31,789 bases of DNA from an uncultured Candidatus Peribacteria bacterium (lineage in GTDB: Bacteria; Patescibacteriota; Gracilibacteria; Absconditabacterales; Absconditicoccaceae). A program made the position numbers and the translations under genes. Of the stretch, positions 18,011-26,020 are shown in pieces (the first letter of the stretch is position 1; each line of letters opens with the position of its first letter). Below the pieces are notes generated by a model that saw only the letters and a program-made list of their open reading frames with translations, did not search any database and was not told the origin of the DNA. Location of the stretch: contig CAYNHJ010000002.1 in assembly GCA_964397125.1 (NCBI GenBank), forward strand, positions 1 to 31,789. The letters run 5' to 3'.

Positions 18011-18250
18011 TTATTCCTGTAAAGCCTTTTTACCAGATAATCTATAAGTTATACGTCATTGGGTAGGATCATACTCGTTTAATTCTACTTTTACTTTATC
18101 CCCAACTATAATTTTTATATTATTCTTTCTCAATTTACCTGCTGGTTTTGCTCTAACAAAAACTCCTTCTCAAATATCAACTTTATAGAATCATCCTCAT
18201 AATATCTCCACAACAACTCACTCTACTTCGATCTTGTTATCTTTTGTCAT
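18011..18250 (-). CDS. infA: Translation initiation factor IF-1 (79 aa)
   Basis: KIEVEGVVVE, GKLRKNNIKIIVGDKVKVEL.EYDPTQGRITYR. Confidence 0.96.
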
Positions 18251-18567
18251 TAGAAAACAATTTTTTCAATTTGTAAAACTGTTAACTTAGGTCTAAATCA
18301 AAGCTTTCTTGAATATCTATTTTTATTCTTAAACTTAATAACATGTATTTTTTCTCCTTTTTTATGTTCAATCACCTTAGCAACTATATTAGTACCTTCT
18401 AAGTAAGGATTTCATATTTTAACATTCTCTCAATTTTCATCAAAAATCATTAATACTTTTTCTATATTAATATCTGAATTTTTTTCAGCTTTTAAATTAT
18501 CCACAATTATTTTATCTCATTCTTTAACGATATATTGATGTCATTTAAAATCAATTACAGCATACAT
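18250..18567 (-). CDS. rplU: 50S ribosomal protein bL21 (105 aa)
   Basis: MYAVIDFKGHQYIVKEGD, KGEKIHVIKFKNKNRY...GFRPKLT; TAATG overlap with infA. Confidence 0.94.
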
Positions 18568-18602
18568 TTTCTAAAACTATAAGTTATAAACTAAATAACA
18601 TT

Positions 18603-18866
18603 CTATATTTTCTTTCACAATTGAGCCAAAGTAGTATATTTTTTTCTCAAAGTCCTATATGCATCTGACACAATAGCTCTTATTCTTTTATATCTTCTTG
18701 CGCTAGGAAATCTAAATTCTACATTTCTTCTATACCATTTAGTTCCATAATGTCTCTGTTTTTTCGCTATATCAAGAATATGAGATGCCCATAATTCTTT
18801 TTTATAAAAAGCAATAAGTCTCTCATTTGTATTTAAATCTCCAGCTCTATAAACAGTAAAACCCAT
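18603..18866 (-). CDS. rpsU: Basic 87-aa protein, probable divergent ribosomal protein bS21
   Basis: V.R....NERLI.FYKK...SHIL..AKKQRHY...PSARR.KR.RAI resembles the bS21 pattern with an insertion of about 12 aa. It lies in a ribosomal cluster and extends through a UGA to TAG at 18603. Confidence 0.55.
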
Positions 18867-18903
18867 TATGTGTTTTAAATTATTTAATATAAAAATTTCA
18901 TAT

Positions 18904-18975
18904 TGGGGGTGAAATCCAGCTAACTTAAATTAGACAGATGGAAAGACCAATTCACCGCCCTTCCATCTGTCTAAT
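18904..18975 (-). ncRNA. Candidate structured cis-element (long hairpin plus possible pseudoknot) between tRNA-Leu and the rpsU-like ORF
   Basis: Perfect 15-bp inverted repeat (18929-18943 / 18961-18975). Loop GGTGAA is complementary to downstream TTCACC. Confidence 0.5.
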
Positions 18976-18990
18976 CTGTAATTAAAAAAT

Positions 18991-19076
18991 TGCCGGGAGC
19001 CGGACTCGAACCGGCACGGGGTATTAACCCCGGTGGGTTTTAAGCCCACTGCGTCTACCAATTCCGCCATCCCGGC
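18991..19076 (-). tRNA. tRNA-Leu(UAA)
   Basis: GCCGGGA/TCCCGGC acceptor stem with A73, anticodon loop CT-TAA-AA, long variable arm, TTCGAGT T-loop. Confidence 0.96.
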
Positions 19077-19097
19077 ATATAAAAGGCATACCGCCTA

Positions 19098-19445
19098 CTA
19101 ATTCATTACTTGCTCGTATATTTTATCAAAAACTTTTGGAAATGCAAGAGCAATATTTGATAAAACTTTTCTATTCAATCTTATATCTTTCTCATTCATC
19201 TTTCACATAAAAACTGAATATTTTGTTCACTTATTTCTTAATACAGCCGACAATCTTTCTATCCATAATCTTCTAAAATTTCTCTTTTTTAACTTTCTAC
19301 CAACATATGCGTTAATTCCTTGTTTAATAAGAGCTAATCTAACTTGTTTATATACATTTTTTCTACCTAATCTAAATCCTTTTGCTAGTTTTATAAATTT
19401 TTTATGTCTTTTGTGCCTTGTATATCCATTAGTTACTCTAACCAT
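19098..19445 (-). CDS. rplT: 50S ribosomal protein bL20 (115 aa)
   Basis: MVRVTNG, AKGFRLGRKN, RKLKKRNFRRLWIERL, LNRKVLSNIA. Confidence 0.97.
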
Positions 19446-19477
19446 CACTAATACTTAAAAAATTAAAAATTTTAACA

Positions 19478-19675
19478 TTACTTATATGGCAACAATGCTT
19501 TTACTTTTGCCACTTCTCTTTCTGATAAAACCTTTCAATACTTATATCTTTTAGGAGCTTTACCTTTATTTGTTAAAAGATGACTTTTCCCACATTTTAC
19601 ATGAATAACCTTTCCTTTTTTTGTAATTTTTACTCTTTTTGCCATTGCTTTATTTGTTTTTAACTTTTTTGCCAT
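19478..19675 (-). CDS. rpmI: 50S ribosomal protein bL35 (65 aa)
   Basis: KLKTNKAMAKRVKITKKGKV...GKSHLL; between infC and rplT. Confidence 0.94.
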
Positions 19676-20202
19676 TATTTAACTTTAGCGAATAAAATCA
19701 AACTATATCATCTTTTTTCCTCTTTTATTCAATTACTTTTAGAAATATCTTTAAACTGTGTTTCTATTTCCTTTAACCTCTCATACATAGTCTGTTTATA
19801 CCAATTTTCTCTTCCTCTAAGCTCTCACAAAACTTTAACATTATATCATTCCTCCAAAAATTCTCTAATCTTTTTCAACTTAAGCTGTAAATCATTCTTT
19901 CAAATATTATATCAAAATTTCACTTCTTTTAATCATTTAATTTTTTGAGATTTTTTCTTTTCTTTTTCTTGTTTTTTTAACTGATAAAGATATTTTCAAT
20001 ATTCCATTAACTTTGCTATCACTATTCATTCTTTTTGATTATATCCAACTTGAATAACATCTTTTTCTTCCTCCTCTGCCTTTTTTAAAGCATCTTTTTT
20101 TAAAAAAATACCTAATTTATTTCAATTTTCATCTATAAGCATTATTTTTTCTCCTCTAATTTCTTCATTAACAAAAATCTTCTTTTGCTTATCTTTTTTC
20201 AT
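19675..20202 (-). CDS. infC: Translation initiation factor IF-3 (175 aa)
   Basis: VNEEIRG..IMLIDENG, AKLMEYGKYLY, LRGRENW; TAATG overlap with rpmI. Confidence 0.93.
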
Positions 20203-20238
20203 AAAAAAATTTAATAAATTTAAATTCCTCTCAACAAT

Positions 20239-20314
20239 TGCCCCCGGCGGGATTTGAACCCGCGATTTCCGGCGTGAGAGGCCGGCGTCCTAGACCGGGC
20301 TAGACGACGAGGGC
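20239..20314 (-). tRNA. tRNA-Glu(CUC)
   Basis: Cloverleaf; anticodon arm CCGGC-CTCTCAC-GCCGG; TTCAAAT T-loop. Confidence 0.93.
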
Positions 20315-20328
20315 TAAAATAACAAAAT

Positions 20329-20402
20329 TGCCCCCGGGAGGACTCGAACCTCCAACCTACGGCTTAGAAGGCCGTTGCTCTATCCGGTTGAGCTACGGGG
20401 GC
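20329..20402 (-). tRNA. tRNA-Arg(UCU)
   Basis: GCCCCCG acceptor; ACGGC-CTTCTAA-GCCGT anticodon arm. Confidence 0.96.
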
Positions 20403-20415
20403 TTTAATAAAAAAT

Positions 20416-20489
20416 TGGAGCCGACGGGAGTCGAACCCGTGACCTCCACGGTGCAAACGTGGCGCTCTAGCCAGCTGAGCTACGGCCCC
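20416..20489 (-). tRNA. tRNA-Ala(UGC)
   Basis: GGGGCCG/CGGCTCC acceptor with G3:U70; CCACG-TTTGCAC-CGTGG anticodon arm. Confidence 0.96.
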
Positions 20490-20503
20490 ATGTAAATTGA
20501 ACT

Positions 20504-20588
20504 TGGGCAGGGGAGGATTCGAACCTCCGTAGGCCGACAGGCCGGCGGGTTTACAGCCCGCTGCGTTTGACCACTCCGCCACCTGCCC
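20504..20588 (-). tRNA. tRNA-Tyr(GUA)
   Basis: GCGGG-CTGTAAA-CCCGC anticodon arm; long variable arm. Confidence 0.96.
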
Positions 20589-20589
20589 T

Positions 20590-20787
20590 TTAATTTCAAT
20601 TAAATATATACCGAAAACCCACTATCATCAAAAATATACCACCTAACACATACATACTTTCTGTAGAACCAAATTTATCTTCAAACCACATATTTCTACC
20701 AAACACTTTTACCAACTGTCTATTATAATACACCAACCCTACTCAAATTCATATTAAAAACACTCCTACAATTAATCTTTTTAACAT
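20590..20787 (-). CDS. Small two-helix membrane protein (65 aa) inside the tRNA cluster
   Basis: MLKRLIVGVFLIGIGVGLVYYNRQLVKVFGRNMWFEDKFGSTESMYVLGGIFLMIVGF[CGG]YIFNGN; fills the gap between tRNA-Gly and tRNA-Tyr, with UGA at small-residue positions. Confidence 0.7.
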
Positions 20788-20808
20788 TTTAACTATTCAT
20801 CTTTAAAA

Positions 20809-20882
20809 AGCGGGCGACCGGACTTGAACCGGCACTGGCGGAGCTGAAGTCCGCCATGCTACACCAATTACATCACGCCCGC
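20809..20882 (-). tRNA. tRNA-Gly(UCA), UGA-decoding glycine tRNA
   Basis: Acceptor GCGGGCG/CGCCCGC with U73 (Gly identity G1-C72, C2-G71, G3-C70); anticodon arm GCGGA-CT TCA GC-TCCGC (anticodon 20847-20845); short variable region, so not tRNA-Sec. Confidence 0.95.
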
Positions 20883-20941
20883 ATAAATTTTTGACATAGT
20901 GTTTATATTATTATTTATTTATTTTCCTATTTCAAGACTTT

Positions 20942-21655
20942 TTACACTAATTTATATCTTTTTATATTACTGTTTAACACATTAAACTTTTCTAAACTTG
21001 AAAATACAAAATTTTTTCCAACAGTTCAAATATAAGGCAATTGAAATAAAATCACTTTATTTTTAACAGATAATCCATTCAAAATTTTTATTATCCTTTC
21101 TTCTATATCCAAAAAATCTCAAACAATTAATATCACATGTCTTTTTATTACTTTCTTTTGTAAATTCAAAAAATCCTCTGTATAAGAAACATATTTATCA
21201 GTTGGTACATATTTACATACTTGTAAAAATTCTTTTAAAAACATATACATTTTCTCTACATTGTTTCCTAAGTGATACACCTTTATTTTATTTCTTTTTA
21301 AATACGGCAAATATCAAATTATATTCATTCAATTTTTTTTTGAAAAAACAAACAAATCTGATAAAAAATTACTTACAACATATAAATTCGTACTTTCCTC
21401 TCATCAAAAAAAATTAGCATTAATATCTACAAACAAATGCAAATCTATATCTTTTTCTTGTCTAAAAACATTTACAAAAAGTTTATTATATTTAGCAGTA
21501 AGTTTCCAATTTATATATCTTACATCATCTCACCAAAAATACTCTCTCACATCTTCTATTTCTAATCATTCTCCTTTAAAAATTGTTTGAAATAATCAAA
21601 AAAAATTTCACTGAAGAAGTTTATTTAGTTTATTTTTTAATTTTTCTAAATACAT
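20942..21655 (-). CDS. DUF58-family protein (237 aa; family usually MoxR/VWA-associated)
   Basis: FKGEGLEIEDVREYFWGDDVRYINWKLTAKYNKLFV..F.QEKD...HLFVD is the typical DUF58 signature. Confidence 0.85.
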
Positions 21656-21675
21656 TATATTAAAATTAAATCAAA

Positions 21676-22110
21676 CTAAACAGCTTTATCTATCAATCTA
21701 ACAATCCAACTACCTACAAATGGAACTGAATTGTAAAAATTTTTAGCATTACCTATTTCTTTATAAACAACTTCTTTAGCTTTTTTGCGACCTCTTTCAG
21801 CATTTTTATAGATAATATTAACATCATTATCTTTCTTATTAAAAACTATTTCTTTTTTTAATTTTTGTAACTCTCCTTTTGTGAATCTTATTTTTTCAGC
21901 CTCCTCTTTCTCTCTCAATTTTTCTATCTCAAAATAAAGCCTCTGTAATTCTACCTTAGTAGAAGCTCTTTCTATTTGTTTTTTTAACAAGTCTAATTTT
22001 TCATTTACTTCATCAGTATTTTTTTTTACCTTCTCAATTTGTCTAATTAAATTAGTTAAAAAATCTTTAATCTCATCTAAAGAAGATTCTTGAAAATTCA
22101 ATTTTTCCAT
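21676..22110 (-). CDS. Hypothetical coiled-coil protein (144 aa)
   Basis: Uninterrupted ORF, K/E/L-rich heptads, amphipathic C-terminus (SVPFVGSWIVRLI). No GrpE motifs recognised. Confidence 0.7.
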   Translation of the reverse strand: MEKLNFQESSLDEIKDFLTNLIRQIEKVKKNTDEVNEKLDLLKKQIERASTKVELQRLYFEIEKLREKEEAEKIRFTKGELQKLKKEIVFNKKDNDVNIIYKNAERGRKKAKEVVYKEIGNAKNFYNSVPFVGSWIVRLIDKAV

Positions 22111-22156
22111 TTTTTTATTTATTCATTATTAAACTTTAAATTAAAATTTATCAAAA

Positions 22157-22843
22157 TTACCTAGAAAAGCTATTCATTAAAACTTTCTTCATAACAGAAA
22201 TATTTTTTTTATAATTAGCTCTAAATGGAGACAACAAACTAATTATACTTTTATATCAATTAACATCTAAAAGTCAATACAAAACACTAATGATTAAATC
22301 ATTTCAATCATTTTTATTTCTTATAAAAGTATAATGTATTTTTCCTTTTTGAATTCTCTGTTTTGAAAGAAAATCTATTATTTTTTTATTTTCAATATAG
22401 TCTACTATCATCTGGATAACTTTATATTCTTCAAAATCTTCTCTTTTTAAAAGATTTTGAATTCACAAATAATAATATTCATCTTCTCTTAAAAATCAAA
22501 CAACCACTCAATCAACTATCCCTCAAATTAGTTCAACTAAACGTCTAAGATTATCTCTTGCTATATTAATATCTTCTATAGGCAATTTATATCAATTAGT
22601 ATTTTTAAGAATTTTATCAATATAATAAGATATTCATTTAACTGTAGGCTTTCTTCAAGCTCAACTATGAGGTCTATAAACATACTTATTTTTTTCTAAA
22701 ATATGCATATACTTTCTTAAAGTAGAAGGAGCCATATTTAATATTTGAAGTTTATACAAAATCTTCGAACCAATTGGTTCTCCTCTTTCTAAATAAAGAT
22801 CAATAATAATATCTAAAAGTTTTTCTAATTTTTCATCTAACAT
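22157..22843 (-). CDS. hrcA: HrcA-like heat-shock repressor, shortened (228 aa)
   Basis: LLDIIIDLYLERGEPIGSK, MAPSTLRKYM..LE, PHSGAGRKPTVKG match the HrcA winged-HTH. Confidence 0.8.
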
Positions 22844-22965
22844 TTATATTAAATTTCACTTTTAAAAATACTTTCTTATAATCAATGCTAATCAAAATAG
22901 TTGATTTTTCAAGTTTTTTATTTAAACTACAAATAACAATTTAATTAAAATTAATTTTTAAAACT

Positions 22966-23904
22966 ATGTTTATTCATTTACATTGACATAGTCACTACTC
23001 CCTTCTAGAATGATATTGAACTCCTCAACAAATTATTGATAGAGTTAAAACTCTTTGAATGAATTCTATAGCTTTAACAGATATTGAAAATTTATACTGA
23101 TGAATTGAGTTTTACGAAAAATGTATTGAAAATAATATTAAACCAATTTTAGGAGTTGAATTAAATTTTATAACAAATATAAAACTTTTACCATCTATCA
23201 AAAAAGATCTTCCACTATATATAACTATTCTTGCCAAAAGCTACAGATGATATAAAAATCTTATAAAATTAATATCAACTGCACAAATTGAAAATTTTCA
23301 CGCATGAAAAGCATTTGTAGATTTTTTAGTTCTTGAAAAATTCAATAAAGACATTATAGTATTTATGTGATGACCTAAAAGCTGGATAGGTAACCAAATA
23401 ACAACAAACACTCCTGACAAACAATTAATAGAAATTTTATGAAATTTTATAAATATTTTTTGAAAAAATAACTTCTTTTTAGAAATCCAGCCTCAAGATC
23501 CTGATATACTTCCTGAATATAGAAAAATAAATCAAAAAATTTTTGAACTAGCCAAAAAACTTGAAATTAAATTAATCGTAAACAACAATTTTTTTTATCC
23601 AAATCCTGAAGATAAAGAAGTTTTTTGAGTTCTAAAAGCAATAAACGAAAATCAAATATATGACCCTCAATTACATATACCTAAATGAGTATACCATATA
23701 ACATCAGAAGAGGAGATATTAAAAATGTTAAAAAAATATAATTTTTTAACACCTGAAAATTTAATACAAACAAATTATGAAATTTCTCAACAAATAAATA
23801 TTGAAATTCCTCTTTGAAATATACTTTTTCCTAAATATGAAGTAGCTCCTGAAACTAAAATTTTATATGAAAAATATAAAAATACTTTAGTAGAAAAATC
23901 CTAA
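22966..23904 (+). CDS. Stand-alone PHP domain homologous to the N-terminus of DNA polymerase III alpha (312 aa)
   Basis: MFIHLHGHSHYSLLEG, IALTDI, IKPILGVEL, LAKSYRGYKNLIKLIS, FFLEIQ, ILFPKY, then TAA. No polymerase core follows. It is the only plus-strand gene in the window. Confidence 0.88.
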
Positions 23905-24200
23905 CTTACTAATTTTTCAACGTAACTTATCATCTGTTTTTGTAAATCGGTCAAATTGTTTAAAGAACTAACTTTTTCTAAAAAAAGCTTTAATATATAA
24001 CCATTTTTATAATTTTTTGCTTTTTCAACTTTATCATAAAAAGCTTCTTTATTTTCTTTTTTTAGAAACTCAACCATCCTATCAACAGTCTCATATATTA
24101 CTAACTTTGCTAGTTCAGACAGTTCTTGTAAAATATTTTTTAATTCAACATTTTTTTCTTTATGAATCTGATTATAAAATTCTTTATTAAAAACTTGCAT
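23901..24200 (-). CDS. Hypothetical protein (99 aa)
   Basis: Intact helical K/E-rich ORF 7 nt downstream of the 563-aa gene; its stop overlaps the PHP gene stop (convergent). Confidence 0.65.
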   Translation of the reverse strand: MQVFNKEFYNQIHKEKNVELKNILQELSELAKLVIYETVDRMVEFLKKENKEAFYDKVEKAKNYKNGYILKLFLEKVSSLNNLTDLQKQMISYVEKLVS

Positions 24201-24207
24201 AACCGTT

Positions 24208-25899
24208 TTATTTACAAATTAAAACTAGTCATTTATAGTTATGTACTTTTCAACTTAAATCTTTATTAGTTAAAGGTCAATATCATATTCTTTTAGTTAC
24301 TGGCTCATAAAAAGTAAAATTTAAAAATGAATTTCTAAAATTATTTTTGAAAACAACTAAATATTCATCTTTTATTTTAGACTTTAAAAAATCTATAACA
24401 TCAAAATATAACTTTCACTGCTTAATTGAAATTTTCTCTATAAAATTATACATATCATCTATTCAAACAGATTCTTTATAATTTAATGCTTGACACATAT
24501 CATCTAAAATTTTATTTGAATTAATCTCTTTTATAAAATTAAATCCTTTTCCAGAAAATATTTGATCTGGCCTTAAAATTTTCCCGTTTAACAAAACAAC
24601 TCAATATCTACTTTTTTTACCTTTTACTATTAAATTATAAAATCCCTCAAGTTGTACTAATCAACGATCAAATAATATAGAAATTGGCTTAGACATTGTT
24701 GAAAATTTTTCTTGCCAATCTGAAATCTTATCTTCTATATCAAAGTTTGAAGAATTTCTTATCAACTTATCAAACGCAATTATATTTGCTACTAAACTAC
24801 CAATCTCTCATCTATATCCGGTGTCAGAATTTAAATCAAAAATTTTTTTAAAATTAAATCACTTCAAAGCTCATTCTATAATTGAATAAATTTTACCTAA
24901 TCTACTAACAACATCAATACTTCATTGTGCTAAAAATAAAAAACTTTCTTTTCATTTAGAATCAAAACTAAATTTAGTTCCTCTTATTATCAAATAATTT
25001 CAATTGTTATCCTTAAATTTTACATCACTATTTTCACCAAACTTTACTAAACTATAAGCCATTTTTCCTAACAGATTTACTATTTCTACTTTTTTACTAA
25101 CAATTCAATTATAATCATAAAAATTAATAACAAATTTAGTTATACCATTTTTAGATGGATACACCATTTGTAAACTTCAATCAGGATATACAACTTTTCC
25201 TACAAATTTTCTTCATTTAAATGTAATCGAACAATTACTTAATATAGATTTAGTTGGTTTAACAATATATCAAAAACTACTTCAAGAAACAACATAACAG
25301 TCTCCAACAGAAGTGACAGTAAAACTTCATTTTACTCTTTTAATAACAATTTCAAAATTGTAATTTGGAGCATAGGGAAAATGTACATAATCTCAATTTT
25401 TTACTAAATAATCAGATGCATAATCTTTAATTATACTTCAACTTTTATAATTTCCTGTTATATAACTAACATAATTTCATTCATCATCATATAAAATTGC
25501 TCAAATTTGAAAGTATCTTCTATCTTTAGTAACTGAATAAGTTAAACATTTTTTATTATTTCCAGTAGAAAACTTTGGATCATAAACTTTTCAAGACAAA
25601 TTAGGATAATCTTCTAACAAACTACATAAATTTCACTGAATTACATAAAGATTGGGAATTATATCTAAAGGTTGATTCCTATCTTTTAAATGAATTACTT
25701 TAAAGTTTTTATCTAACAAAATAAGATTACCTTTTGGATAAGGAAGCTCATCTAAAGTATTTAAAAAAGCAACAACATCTTTTATATTTTTCAACATAAA
25801 CTCTCTATCTTTATTAACTTTACTGACATGTAAAAAAACAAAGATCCCCAAACTAACCAAAATTAAAATAAAAAAAGCACCTATTAATTTTCTAACCAT
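24208..25899 (-). CDS. Membrane-anchored protein (563 aa) with a FecR-like beta domain
   Basis: N-terminal TM helix; LPYP.GN, YSVTKDRRYFQIGAIL, YITGNY segment; then YPDGS, IRGTKF, QGSIDV motifs typical of FecR domains. Read through many UGA codons. Confidence 0.7.
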
Positions 25900-25932
25900 T
25901 TAAATTATCTTAAAAACATAAAATTTTTTAAA

Positions 25933-25961
25933 ATTATATCAATAAGTAATCACTTTTTCAA
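25933..25961 (-). promoter_or_regulatory. Sigma70 promoter for the 563-aa gene
   Basis: TTGAAA (25961-25956), 17-nt spacer ending in TG-A (extended -10), TATAAT (25938-25933), immediately after the secY terminator. Confidence 0.7.
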
Positions 25962-25968
25962 GCAAAAA

Positions 25969-25992
25969 TAAAAAAGAGGCATCCTTGCCTCT
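25969..25992 (-). terminator. Intrinsic terminator after secY
   Basis: AGAGGCA-AGGA-TGCCTCT hairpin followed by a T-tract. Confidence 0.8.
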
Positions 25993-26020
25993 GTATGTAA
26001 AAAATACTAACTATTACTTT

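Noticed and set aside
20364-20582. 72-aa minus-strand ORF (MAEWSNAAG...)
   Set aside because: It is a translation of the tRNA-Tyr/Ala/Arg genes.
20809-20882. tRNA-Sec or Trp-type opal suppressor interpretation of the UCA tRNA
   Set aside because: It has a short variable region, a 7-bp acceptor stem and Gly identity elements with U73, and UGA aligns to Gly rather than Cys/Sec or Trp.
20900-20936. Promoter for the tRNA cluster (TTGAAA plus an AT-rich -10)
   Set aside because: Several equally weak -10 placements exist in very AT-rich DNA, so no single one can be supported.
21676-22110. grpE, expected after hrcA
   Set aside because: It lacks the GrpE C-terminal beta-domain motifs (FDP..HEA, GY....R.LRPA.V.V).
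22866-22892. CIRCE operator upstream of hrcA
   Set aside because: Only TTAGCA matches; the GAGTGCTAA half-site is absent at the 9-nt spacing.
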